Below are positions 24,891-37,526 of a stretch of DNA of 64,000 bases, piece by piece. The notes under the pieces are model-generated. The model had not been told where the DNA came from. It worked only from the letters and a program-made list of their open reading frames with translations, and did no database searches. Both the position numbers and the translations under genes were made by a program. The stretch is from Octopus sinensis (taxonomy: Eukaryota), in contig NC_042997.1 of assembly GCF_006345805.1 (NCBI RefSeq), forward strand, positions 107,322,001-107,386,000. Reading direction: 5' to 3'. Numbering within the stretch: the first letter of the stretch is position 1; every line of letters starts with the position of its first letter.

Positions 24891-26087
24891 CACTGAGGTG
24901 TGTCCAAGCAGTCCAAGCAGAATCTTCAACTGATCGCTAATCTATGTTATCACATATCAATCCATGATAAGAGGTAGCATTATAGGCCCCCTGGGCAAAT
25001 CGATACACTGGGCCCTATAGTATTTACTTACTGACAGCAAGCCACAGCAAACATAGTTCAGAATAGGGCCCCTGGGCAACTGCTTAGTGTGTTTATGCCT
25101 TAAGATGGCACTGTATGATAAGCGTAACATGGTTCACAATTAAGTGTACCGTGTTACCCTGGCACAGATGAACGAATCCATGATGGATGAAGCTATCAGA
25201 CTTGCAGTTCTTGCTCTTACATCTTGCTGTGCCATACAAGTATAGTATAGGTCTATCTGCAAGAAATAGCAGCAGAATATCCCTCAAATCCCAAGCATCT
25301 TAAAAAGAGAAGTATGCACTGGGTAATATGGTCCTAGTTATATTAGTCTGCAAAAATATGATGAGGTGGTCACTGCTGGACCACTTTTGATTGTAGTTTG
25401 CTGAATGAAGACTGACTTGGAGCTAAATAGCAACATGTGACGTTGTTTGACAAACCCAATATTTTCAGGTTGTGTATAATTACTTCTTACCAAGCTTATT
25501 GCTGCTATATATAGGAACCTACCATCACTGACTCAGACACCACCATCACCACCTCTGCTCCCCAATATCCTCTCTTCACACAACCAGAGTAATTCTAGTG
25601 TCTAACATCACTCAGTGCCTTTCATACATTCTGTCTTCACTTCAACATTTCCCATCCAATGAACTGTCTCAACAGACTTCAAATCACTGCAGATTATTTT
25701 AACACTTTTGAATTTCACTTCATAGAAACTTTCTTATGGAAAGACAAAGTTTGCTACTTACAGACAGCAGAACCTACCTTACCACTTCCTTCAAGCATGA
25801 ATCACCATACTTATCTCTAGTAATACAGACACTGTTCACTGTGTTATTTGTGGCAGAACTATTTGCTTCTGGTTGTGAGGTATCAAGGATCTTCAATTTT
25901 AGCCAGATTATGCTATTAGCCACTCTAGTGCACATGAACTTTTGCTTGCCAGTCAATACCAAAGAACTTATTATTAATTTTTGGGACACACAGTAAGCTC
26001 AAGAACAAGAGTTTTCTGACACGAGCTACTAACTAAACTTTACTTTTAGCTAATATTCAGCTTTATATCCCTTAACTGTTCAATGTA

Positions 26088-26455
26088 TAGGTGCAGGAGT
26101 GGGTGTGTGGTTAGTAGCTTGCTTACCAACCACATGGTTCCAGGTTCAGTCCTATTTGATGACACCATGGACAAGTGTCTTCTACTATAGCCTCAGGCCA
26201 ACCAGAGCCTTGAGTTGGTAGATGGAAACTGAAAGAAGCCTGTTGTGTATGTGTGTGTGTGTCCCACCCAACATCGCTTGACAACCAATGCTGGTGTGTT
26301 TACGTCCCTGTAACTTAGCTGTTCGTCAAAAAGAGACCAATAGAATAAGTACGAGGCTTACAAAGAATAAGTCCTGGAATCAATTTGCTCGACTAATGGC
26401 AGTGCTCCAGGATGGCCACAGTAAAATGATTGAAACAAATAAAAGGGCAAAAGAA
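26088..26455 (+). mobile_element. tRNA-head CORE-type SINE
   Basis: A box TGGGTGTGTGG, B box GGTTCAGTCC, internal (TG)n, tail GTGCTCCAG..TGGCCACAG..TGAAACA; paralogs at 28920 and 47147. Confidence 0.88.
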
Positions 26456-26504
26456 TAACTAAAAATTTAAGTGGTCAAGTACAAAACCATATGCCATTCT
26501 TATT

Positions 26505-26607
26505 TAATAAGACACACCATAAAGTCTGACCATGTCTTATTTCATAATAAGACACACCATAAAGTCTGACCATGTCTTATTTCATAATAAGACACACCAT
26601 AAAGTCT
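26505..26607. repeat. Tandem repeat, about 2.6 x 40 bp
   Basis: TAATAAGACACACCATAAAGTCTGACCATGTCTTATTTCA. Confidence 0.9.
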
Positions 26608-28919
26608 TAACAAGTCTTAATTCAAATTCGACACTAGCTTTATAATTATTATTATTTTTTTTTTTTTCACTCAGCCTGTAATTGCTATCAATGTTCCTTC
26701 TATTTCCCACGCCAGTGTATTCAGTTTCGTTATACAAGATATAAAGCAAACAGAAAGGAAGAGGCTGTCTACAATCACTTTGCTGAATGAATAGTAGTAA
26801 CCAATGAAGTAGTGACAATAGTTTCAGCCTGAAGTAGAGGTCAGAAGCTTATTTAATCCCTGTTGAGGAATAAAAGTAAATAGATGCAGGTGTGGTGTGA
26901 TTAATATTTCATTTGAAGTTTTGCAATTCAATACTTGAGGGGAAAAAACATTCCTGAAAAGATACTGCTCTAAAGAAGATTAATTCAGCATTGTATCTGA
27001 GAGGGTATAGGAATGTGAGGTAGTGAGGAGGTAAGTCATTAATTAGGGTATTGAAATAAAAGACACGAAAGCGTGGGGTTGGGGGTGGGGGCACTGGATT
27101 TGTTACATTGGTAAAATCAAAATGTCAAGCAGGGTGTTGCGCAAAGTTAAGTATTTTTTGTCGATAATCATCAATGAAATCATCTTTTATAAGAAATTAG
27201 GATTCTTATAAAAGAGTGCTCACTATACAATTAAATATTTAGCTCACGTTTTTACGTCCACTTTTTTCATGCTTGCATGGGTTAGACAAATACATTATCG
27301 AGGCAGTGTTTTACAACTGGATACTCTTCCTGTCATTAAACCTTACCTGTTTTTCAAGTAGGGGAGATCTTATTCCACACAGCTTTGAAAGCACAAAGTG
27401 GATGCAAACACACATATACAATGATCTTTTCAGATTTCGTGAGATTGAACAAATTTCTTAAGCACACGGACACCCCCCCACCCCAACACACATTTGGTGA
27501 TGCAAACAGGAAAATAGAATTCAAAACAATTATATTTATGTTTCTTTTTAAATCAGCAGAAGTTACAGAGGGCCAACAGTTTCATGCATTGGCACTTATC
27601 AAACTGGTTTCAAATGATGGGGGTTTGCATTCATATCTTTAAATTTTCTTTATCTGTTGATTATTGAATGGCGTAATTGGTAAACCATTTGAAACATATG
27701 CATTATCCACATGACATTGTTTTTATAACATGTTTCAAAACAATTCATGGAAATACCTTATAACCAGTATATAAATGCAAGCCCCATGATTTGGAACCAG
27801 TTTGAGAAGTGCCAATAAACAGAACTGTCGGCCCTTAAATCACTGTATCCTCTGCCAATTAATAAAGAAAAACACACACATACACATTAAAATCTATTGA
27901 TATAAATTTGACATGGGCGATTCTTCCTTGTCTTGGGATTCACGGTCAAATGGATGGGTGGAATTGTGTGAAAAATTACACAGATGTGTAGAATGATCCA
28001 GTGGTGATGCTGGGCTATGTTTTTCATAGCTCCCTTGGTTACCAAGATAATCTACTATAATAATACTCATGTTTATGAATGAGAAAGGAAGGGATGATGT
28101 CATACTTAGTAGTGGGATGATGAAAATTGTACGATGAAAAAATAAATCAAACAGCGTTTCAACTGTGCGAATATATGTGTGTGTATGTAAAAGAGGGAGT
28201 ATGTGAATGTGTGTGCATGTGCACACAATGGAAGTGGGAAGGTTCATCTTTGTTTGCTTAGTATTTGGGTTTATTTTTTTGATTTGGTTGAATCTTGCTT
28301 GTTTTTTCTTTTGTTGGTCAGATATTTTTAGCGTTTTGACAGAAAAAAAGTCATTCTAAAATTGTTTTTTAATGTAAGCATGTTCAAACAAGTTGAATAC
28401 TTCCACTGAGCAGGTTTTACAGCCATATGTGGCAATCAATCGGTATTAGTAGACGACGTCATTCACTTTTCTTTTCAGCCTAGCCTCTATGTCAAGAGGG
28501 AACATTGTGTAGGTGAATGTCGTCTAGATTGCCTGCATATTTAAAATATGTTTTCTCTGGGAAAACTACTCCAGAGGAGACACTATATGGCCTCCACTTT
28601 GTTTGCGTCGGGGGATGGCCTGTTTGTAACCCATGACTTGCTCATATCGATCTCATAGTAGATTGCAAGGATTCTCAGAACTCGATAACAAAATGGAACT
28701 AACAAATTGGAAGTTAGGTCAGTGAAGAGCAAGAATCTTAAACAATTTGACTACAAGCAACCAATATCATGCTGCTTGAACAAAAACTTGTATAAGTGGA
28801 CAGCTTTAAATACTTTAGATCCATATGGCAGCTCTGTAAAAAAGATAAGATTTGGCCTGACCTGGCGACATGACGAAGCTGATTGGAAAAAGCAGTTCTA
28901 TCAGTTTTCCAATAAAGCT

Positions 28920-29260
28920 CAGGCGCAGGAGTTGCTGTGTGGTAAGTAGCTTGCTTACCAACCGCATGGTTCTGGGATTTGGTAGACGGAAACTGAAAGA
29001 ATCCCGTCGTATATATATATGTATATATATGTGTGTGTGTGTGTGTATGTTTGTGTCTGTGTTTGTCCCCCCAATATCGCTTGACAACCGATGCTGGTGT
29101 GTTTACGTTCCCTGTAACTTAGCGGTTCGGCAAAAAGAGACCGACAGAATAAGTACCAGGCTTACAAAGAATAAGTCCTTGGGTCGATTTGCTCGACTAA
29201 AGGCGGTGCTCCAGCAAGGCCGCAGTCAAATGATTGAAACAAGTAAAAGAGTTAAGAGAG
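28920..29260 (+). mobile_element. tRNA-head CORE-type SINE, internally deleted
   Basis: Same family as 26088 and 47147; lacks the B box/core segment. Confidence 0.88.
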
Positions 29261-30270
29261 TACAAGTCTCTGGTAACGTTTTTCTTTTGGCGGGGTGTGT
29301 GTGATTATTGACCGTCTTATCGAAGATTAACTGTTTAGGATTGTCATCACACTGGGAGTGGAAGAGAGTTCTACGGAGACTGCAGAATGACCCTTAAAGA
29401 AAACACAAAACCATGATATTTACTTTAATTTCATGAAATATAAAGCGAATTTGAACAGCTCCTCCATCATGCCCCATGTATTAATAAATCGTTTCATTCG
29501 TGAATTTCTTTTTATAATAAAACAAACCTTGAAAGTTTTAGTAACAATCAGGAAGTTGTTTTTCCTACCTTCATAGTCACAGACATTTAGCCCAGTTCGA
29601 ACCAACCTATGAGCAAAGGTAGTTCAGAGGTGACCATCCCGCCTTTTAAGAAGTGTCAGTAGGTTGTGATATGCGAGAGAGATTTATAAACAATGAAATG
29701 TTATGCATTAAAATAAAGTAACACGTGGGAGGTGGAAATACTATCAAATAGGTCAATCTGATTAGTTATTCTATGAAGATTTTCATAATCCATGAAACTT
29801 CAATATATTAACAGAACATTTTCTAAATGTTCACCAGACAACTATATTAAAAACAAAAATAAAAAGGCAACAGGTGCCTTCAATCAGGTCAGGATTAATT
29901 AAATTGAAGAATGGTTCGGGAATGTTTAACAAGTTTCCTTTTGATCAAACTTTTGTTTTTAGATTCTATCTTGTCCTCAAACTTTACAACAACCAACCTG
30001 TGTTGTAAATTCTTTTTAACTACAAAAATAACCACCAACACCATAAGCTTTCAAATATTGCAGGTAAATATTGATATGTGGGGGAATTAGCTGCAAAAGC
30101 TAGGATAGAAATAATTAAAATTAAATTCAACTAAGATGGCTCAATTTTGACAAATTTTATCTCGCTATTGGGTTTCAGTCATAATAATATCTACTGTTAG
30201 GTGTAATTAAGTTTATGAATTTGTGTAGCAAGATTTGTGATGTGAAACCATGTGCTGAAACAGATATTGG

Positions 30271-30332
30271 TATATTTCGGGATAGTCATTTGTTGAAGGG
30301 ATGGGCAAAAAAAGTAACCGTCCCGAAATATA
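30271..30332. mobile_element. Minimal TA-flanked MITE (58 bp between the TA dinucleotides)
   Basis: TA-TATTTCGGGATAGTCATTT...AAAGTAACCGTCCCGAAATA-TA; same termini as the 37885-38527 element. Confidence 0.7.
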
Positions 30333-30695
30333 AAACTATAACGTTTGTATGTTGTAGTAACTTGATAAGATGCCGCAATTATAATTAAATTAGTGGTTGT
30401 ACAAATAAGGAAAAGATGAATCAACTATTCTAAATTCAAGTCTATACCAATATTCTCCCTTCTTTTAATCTGTATCAGTTTAGGTTTAAATAAAATTGGA
30501 AGGAGTTAAATCGTCACTCGAGCAGCTAAAAATAGTGGCCAAATTTCTCTCAAATTACATGAAGGACAAATTGGATAAAATATTCTGAGATGAAATGTTT
30601 GAAAATTATGGTCAGAGCGGACCAGCTGACACGGAGTTAAACAAAGATCCAACAGCAGTTTACCTTTAAGGTGAAGAAAATTGTTAAATACTTAC

Positions 30696-31094
30696 TTCAT
30701 CGAGGTTTTTATCCAAATGTAAATATCTTGTAACAGATGTATCCGATTGTTCAGCAAGTGACTCGGCATCAGCATTTCCTTGTTCCAGGATGTTGGCAAA
30801 ATTATCGACAAACCAAACCCAATGGTTTTTCCCTTCGATTCTCATCACTCCCGAAGTTTTATTGAGGCGTAAAGTGACCCCACTAACTGGCTTCAACTTG
30901 ATAAGGTCTCCTTTCTCTCGATATGTCTCCTGTGGGTAGAATACTTTCAGAACATTCATCCACCACTTTATGATATCTTTGTAGGTTGAAGTCACAACCA
31001 CATATTTACCCTTGTCGAAAAAATCCAATTCGTGGACTGTCGGTTGCGACCATATAGAAGCAAGTATCGTTCGTCTTTCCTTCTTTGAAGACAT
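30696..31094 (-). CDS. First coding exon (133 codons) of an unidentified host gene
   Basis: Non-repetitive, globular-looking ORF MSSKKERRTILASIWSQP...LDE; pyrimidine tract plus CAG acceptor 5 nt before ATG (AG at 31101-31100); phase-0 donor GAA/GTAAGT at 30695; candidate upstream donor AAG/GTAACC at 31366. Confidence 0.8.
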
Positions 31095-31482
31095 AGCACC
31101 TGTTTGGGACCGAGAAAAATCACAATAAAATCTTCTGATTCTGTTATTGAATTAGAAAGTAGTAACAATTTCAAACGAATCGATAGAAACGGATTGGGAT
31201 TATAAGGAAAGATTTTCACGGGACGGAGGAAGTAGCAGTGTTCGTCTAATAAAACTATGGACTGACAATGGAACCGATTCAACCTAATGTAATCAACACG
31301 AAAGTTAAAGCCATAGCATTCAACGAAGTCGAGTAAAACTTTACTTCTCGGTTGGCGGGAGGTTACCTTCTTCAAAACTTTTTAAAAAGCTTTCGTCTCA
31401 GCTGTCATTACCTTCCACACCTGAACATATGTCTGTCAGTCCACCAATGATATTCGTAGCTGCAACAGGTCACCCACCTTAC

Positions 31483-31505
31483 TCTCTCTCTCTCTCTCTC
31501 TCTCT
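31483..31505. repeat. (CT)n microsatellite near the putative promoter
   Basis: Direct reading. Confidence 0.9.
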
Positions 31506-32392
31506 TTACAACTCCAGAAACTCAATCAATAAAAGCAAATATTCTTTTCGAAATCATAGCTTCTTACTTTAACCGAATCAATATACATAAAGTTCGATAC
31601 TTATTTAAAGCATAATAATGATTATTATTATTATTATTATTCATAATTAATATTATAATTAATTCTGTGAACCCTAGTAGCAGCAACAGTAAAAGGGGGA
31701 CGTCTGTTGATGAAAGGTTTCCATAGAATGTGGATTAAAACGTTTGTACACACGCACGAGCGCACACACGCACCTGACCTGGCCTAAAATTGTGTCACAA
31801 CTTAATTACTAAGTCTACCTCTGTCTACGAGTAAAACTCGTGAAGCTGCATTCGACTTTCACCTACTTTAATCGATAGACACCACGATGGAAAGGTTATT
31901 TCAATCGAGGGAACCTGAATAAATATGTTACTAATTGTGAAGTCACAGATTTATCGCTCAAACTGTAACCGTCCCAACATTATCTCTAACACTTGTTGTG
32001 TTCCCTTTTAAGAACAAACGTAATTTAAGGTAGGTTTTGTTGCTATTTCTAGCAGTTGAACTACCATATAAAGATTTCTTTGTTGAACACACAGGCATTG
32101 TGAGTTAACTTTGTGAGACTAAACTCGTTAACTTCTTCTTCTACTGCGCTGGACATTTCACAACAGTAAAAAGCCGTATACCTCGCTATAATCAGCGTTC
32201 CTTTATTCTTTATTCTTATACCGTGGAAATTAGAAACAACGTTTTTCAGTTTGTACATTTAAAATTTTCCGATTTTTATTACCTTCCCAACATCTCGGAA
32301 AGCTATGAGCATTCCCTTCCTCGTCATATTAGCTAACACACACACACATATTTACATATATATTAATTACTGTAGAGGCATTGTTATGCTAC

Positions 32393-32810
32393 TGTAACGT
32401 GAAAGGATCTATCATCGAAGCACTGGCAGGGTGTCGAGATCCTTTCTAGTCACATACAATAATTCTTGTAGAAAACAAACAGACGAAACTCAGGTTAAAG
32501 GTGAACAGACAACTTGGTTTATTGATTCATGGTTGTACGTTGTCTGATGGGGGAATAGACAGCCTCTGAGATACTGCTGGTGTTGGTCGTTGAGGTTGGT
32601 TGAAGTTGGTTGAAGTTGGTGTGTGGCTGTCAGAGCCAGGAAAACCGTGACCGATCGCAGTGCTGTCTTGAGCCGAAGAGAGAGATTTGAGGTTCGCGGG
32701 CTCGAGAGATGTTTTCCCGCACATGCGCATGGGGAAGACTTCCGGTGGCCACCCGGAAGTAGTCCCATTCTGCGCATGCGCGCCGAACCCTACACTGTAG
32801 CATCACTACA
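32393..32810 (-). repeat. 3' LTR (418 bp)
   Basis: Matches 37023-37438 except for two 1-bp homopolymer indels seen by eye. Confidence 0.97.
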
Positions 32811-32934
32811 GGGCTCCCCTCCGAGTGCGAAGTACGGCAACCAGAATATTGTGGTGGTGCTGCAGAAAACAGAAGGCTTGCCGATCCCCCAGAAGACTTG
32901 GTACATACTATTATACAATAAGAAACATTTTAAA

Positions 32935-35900
32935 GTTAAATGTAAATTGTTTTTGAAAGTTTCTTGGGCCAATGCACTGTTCTGCCCGATTTTGTAACAT
33001 ACGGTGTGCTCGGGGCACCCGTTGACGGCGAGGGTGGTGTTGTAGGAGCCGGTGAAGGTGTTTGTGCAGGTGAAGGCGTTTGTGCAGGTGAAGGCGTTTG
33101 TGCAGGTGAAAGTGTTGTTAAAGGTGCATAGGTGGGTGTGTCAAGGTTGTCATCAAAAGATGAAGACGTCTCAAAATGTGCCTTTTTAAACGGTCCACGG
33201 AAACGGTCTCCGAACGACCATTTATCTCAATCGTGAAAACCTTTGGTGTGCGAGAAAGCACACGAAAAGGTCCTTTATAGGGAGAAACAAGTGGGCCCTT
33301 CACAGAATCGTCCCGAACAAAAACATGCGACCAGGTGTTCATATCCGGTGGAAGATGGGACGGTGGAGATTGCTTTCTGGGAAGCATGGGCGGAAGGTTT
33401 GAAAAATATTCCCGCAGTCTGGTGACATAGGTCGCCGGATCATGGGGCGGGGAAGTGTCTGGCACCAACATCGTACCGGGCAATGCCAGTGTGGTACCAT
33501 ACAGCAGCTCTGCAGCAGAAAACCCCAGGTCTGCCTTGACAGCAGTCCGACAGCCGAGAAGCACAATGGGCAGAAATTCGATCCAGGACTGTGGGTCCGA
33601 AGAGGCACGAAGAGCGGCCTTGAGCTGTCTATGGAACCGCTCAACCAATCCATTAGACGCTGGATGGTAGCTTGTGGTGTGGATATGGTGCATACCCAAA
33701 ATTCGCGACAATTCGCGAAATAGCGAGGCCTCAAACTGCCGTCCACGATCAGTTGTCAATCGGGACGGGACTCCGAAGCGAGAAATCCAGTTTGAAACGA
33801 AAGCTCGCGCAACAGTCTCAGCAGAAATGTCTGCTATCGGAATGGCTTCTGGCCAGCGGGAGAAACGATCGACACAAGTTAATAGATAAGAAAACCCGCG
33901 ACTCACAGGCCATGGTCCAACCAGATCGATGTGGACATGGCGAAAACGGGCCTCCGTGGGGGAAATTGTCCAAGCGGGCCACGAACGTGCCGTTGAATCT
34001 TGGATCGTTGACACTTGGAGCAGGTGCGTGTCCAACAAGTAATTGTGCGACGCATATTCGGCCAGAAAAACCGAGCAGTGATTAATTTGAGGGTGGCAGC
34101 GATGCCAGGATGTGATAAGAAGTGCAGTGCTTCAAACACTGAGCGTTGATGGGTCTCAGGCACCAGTGGCCTGGGAGATCCAGTTGAAGTGTCACAAAGA
34201 ATGGTGCCTTCGGCTGACGGAAGCGGAAGGTAGGAAAACTGGCAACAGGAGAACTTGGGAGAAGTTAAATCTAACGACGACGCAAAGGTGGCTGCTCCTG
34301 CGATATGGCAGCTAAGTCGATAGCAGCAGGAGACGAAAGGGCGCAAACTGGAAGGCGAGAGAGAGCGTCAGCAGGAACGTTCTCTTTTCCAGGTATGTGT
34401 CGAATGTTGCTAGTAAATTGAGAGATAAAATCCAGGTGCCGAAAAGCACGGGGTGAGAGTTTGTCCGTTTTTGAAAACAGGGCAATGTAAGGGGCTTGTG
34501 ATCCGTATAGATCACAAAATCTCGCCCTTCAAGTTGATGCTGGAAATGACGAACCGATAGGTAGATCGCTAGGAGCTCACGATCAAAGGTGCTGTATCGT
34601 CGTTCAGCTGGTTGCAGTTGACGGGAAAAGAAGGCTAGAGGTCGAACATGGTCATCCACTGTGTGTTGTAACACAGCGCCAATCGCAGTGTCCGATGCGT
34701 CCACAGCCAAAGAGAGAGAAGCACCAGGAACTGGATGTGCAAGCAAAGAAACAGAAGCCAGTTCCTTCTTAATGGACTCAAAGGCTGTCACTGCCTCAAC
34801 AGAGAGGGTGACTTGACTGTCCTTTCTAGGAGAGTCCTTTAACAGCCTGGTGAGAGGTAGCAGCTTATCTGCACAACCGGGAATGAAGCGTCGGTAGAAA
34901 TTGACCATCCCTAGATAATGCCTGAGCTGGCGCAAGGAAGTGGGGGGTGCGATGCGTTGAATGGCATCGACTTTTGACGAGAGGGGGCTGATTCCAGTCG
35001 AATCAATATGATGCCCTAGAAAATCTAGGGAAGAGCGTCCGAAAACACACTTGTCGGGGTTTATGCGTATGCTATACGCGCGAAGACGCTGGAAGAGTTG
35101 AGAAAGGTGCCGGAGATGATTTTCTCGTGTGTCGCTCGCAATGAGTATGTCATCGACATAGGCAAACACAAAATCAAGACCGCGAACAACCTCATCAATG
35201 AAACGCTGGAAGGTGCTAGTAGCATTCCGCAAACCGAAACTCATGTACAAAAACTCAAAACACCCAAACGGGGTAGTGATTGCAGTTTTTGGAACGTCGG
35301 CTGGGTTGACCGGTATTTGGTGGTAAGCGCGTATCAGATCGACCTTCGAAAAAATGGTACAACCATGGAGATTTGCTGTAAAGTCCCGGAGATTTCTAAT
35401 CGGATAGCGATCGACTATTGTGACGGCATTGAGGCGTCGATAGTCTCCAACCGGGCGAAAATCAGACTCGCCCTTTCGCGCCAAATGAAGGGGAGATGCC
35501 CATGGGCTGGTGGAGGGGCGTATAAGGCCAAGTTGAAGCATGTGCTCAAACTCGGCTCTGGCCGTTTTAAGCCGGTCTGGCGCTAGGCGCCGGGGGCGTG
35601 AGAATACAGGTGGCCCATTGGTGGTGATGAAATGGAGGGTCGAGTGGGTAGGATTTTCCGGTTTTAAAGGCAATGTCCACTAGCTCCGGAAATGAAACCA
35701 AAAGAGAGTGAAAAGGGTCTCCAGAGGTGGCAACAAAGAATGTCGGGCTAAGGACCGCAGTGGTGGACTCCCAGTCGGTGTAGAGAGCGACGTCGTGCTA
35801 TCAAGAAGCCTCCGACGCCTGACATCCACCAATAGGTTAAACCTATTCAGGAAATCAGCGCCGAGAATAGGATGTGGGATGTCAGCGATGACGAAAACCC

Positions 35901-36165
35901 ATCGAAAGTCTCGGCGAAGGTTGAGGTTGAGGCGCAGCGAAATCTGACCGTAAGTGGTTATGGGAGACGAGTCAATAGCATGCAAGACAATCGAAGAGCG
36001 CTTCGGCTTGTCTGCAGCCAGACGAAGGGGCCAGATGCTGCAACAGGAACCGGTGTCTACCATGAAGAATGTCTTCGACACCAGATCTTTTACATAGAAT
36101 GCACGATGTTTGGGAAACGAGATGGAAGAAGGTGACGTGCTCACCTCCTCCGGATTTAGTTTTCC
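32935..36165 (-). pseudogene. pol: Gypsy pol (protease, RT, RNase H, integrase) with several 1-nt frameshifts
   Basis: MVDTGS protease; GDYRRLN, SFGLRNA, YVDDILI RT; VDASD, DRELLAI, YTDHKPL RNase H; HPG...[28 protein letters not shown] integrase; C-terminal 18-bp (SPAQTP) repeats and TKSGR motif. Confidence 0.93.
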
Positions 36166-36640
36166 GAGGGCTTGAAAGTGCACGGCTGGGTACACCGATC
36201 TGCCCTTTTGGTAGAGCGACTACGACTGCGTTGTCGGCGCTCGATCGCACGGGATAGATCGTCGATTCGCCGCGTGAGCGCATCAATCCGCTCGGCTAGT
36301 GAAATTTGCGCAGGGCCCCCTATACATGCACAGAGGCCTCGCGATGGAGATGGATTCGGAAATTCCAGTATTCCATCGGCCATCGTGGCAATCTGAATAT
36401 TGCTCTTTCCCCCGAACGTGTGTTGCGGCGGAGGATTTCTGCTTTCACAGACGCGTATGTGGCATCCGGGTGGGGACTTATTATTAGATCCCTGATCGAT
36501 GCGGCGAGTCGGGGATGTAAGCCGGAATATAGCAGGTGCAACTGCTGCTGTGAAGAAATGGCATGTGCAACAAAATACCACTCCACTTGGGCAAACCACA
36601 GGCCCATATCCCCCGTAAATGAAGGCAAACCTGAAGCCAT
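36156..36640 (-). pseudogene. gag: Gypsy gag, apparently internally deleted and frameshifted
   Basis: LPSFTGDMGLWFAQVEWYF N-terminus, MADGILE, RSRSRS, CTQPCTF..SEN stop; shorter than typical gag of this type. Confidence 0.8.
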
Positions 36641-37022
36641 GCCTTTGTCGGAAGGAATCTGTGAGAAGGGGGCAGAAGTATGGTCTAGAAGTGGAGAGAG
36701 AACACGTGGAACCGAGAAGGCAATTCAAAATTGTGTTTGTGTGTGCACCTCGTGGGTAGCAAAAAAAGGAATAGGTGTGTACAAGGAAAACAAAATACAG
36801 AAAAGGAAAAAAAAATGAAGTGTGTGTGTTTTCTTTTTCTTTGTTTTTTTTTTTTTTTTTTTGTACTGTGTGCGATGAATAAGGCTATTTTACCCACCTC
36901 GCCGTGCTGAAAAGGAGAAAATAGGAAATAAATGTGAATTTCCGCGCTCTTCGGCCCCAAAAAAAACCTGTTCGCTGTGTCTTTTTCTATCCTGTTCTTT
37001 TTCTCAACTAGGGGTCACCAAT

Positions 37023-37438
37023 TGTAACGTGAAGGATCTATCATCGAAGCACTGGCAGGGTGTCGAGATCCTTCTAGTCACATACAATAATTCTTGTAGA
37101 AAACAAACAGACGAAACTCAGGTTAAAGGTGAACAGACAACTTGGTTTATTGATTCATGGTTGTACGTTGTCTGATGGGGGAATAGACAGCCTCTGAGAT
37201 ACTGCTGGTGTTGGTCGTTGAGGTTGGTTGAAGTTGGTTGAAGTTGGTGTGTGGCTGTCAGAGCCAGGAAAACCGTGACCGATCGCAGTGCTGTCTTGAG
37301 CCGAAGAGAGAGATTTGAGGTTCGCGGGCTCGAGAGATGTTTTCCCGCACATGCGCATGGGGAAGACTTCCGGTGGCCACCCGGAAGTAGTCCCATTCTG
37401 CGCATGCGCGCCGAACCCTACACTGTAGCATCACTACA
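37023..37438 (-). repeat. 5' LTR (416 bp)
   Basis: Direct repeat of 32393-32810, adjacent to the PBS. Confidence 0.97.
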
Positions 37439-37526
37439 CTACCATAGTATACTTCCAAGGATATTAAAGGTTTCAAAAGTTAATACTGAGCCTCTGTGTG
37501 TGTGTGTAATATATATATATATTTGT

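Larger units (their letters stand above)
32393..37438 (-). mobile_element. Ty3/Gypsy LTR retrotransposon, 5046 bp, recent insertion
   Basis: Two TG...CA LTRs, 4-bp TSD CTAC, PBS TGGTGACCCC (tRNA-Trp 3' end complement) at 37020-37011, PPT GGAGGGGAGCCC abutting 32810, order gag-PR-RT-RH-IN. Confidence 0.97.

Noticed and set aside
27894-28060. Candidate next exon of the minus-strand gene (DYLGNQGSYEKH...LYQ)
   Set aside because: Weak acceptor, phase not clearly compatible with the phase-0 donor, no homology cue; candidates at 25774-25989 and 900-1100 are similarly unsupported.
30992-31375. 127-aa ORF overlapping the exon
   Set aside because: Spans the predicted intron (donor 31366, acceptor 31100) and has no protein-like features.
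32490-32997. Short ORFs duplicated at 37118-37601
   Set aside because: Incidental frames within the LTRs.
33243-36818. Plus-strand ORFs within the Gypsy element
   Set aside because: Antisense shadows of GC-rich gag/pol with no recognisable motifs.
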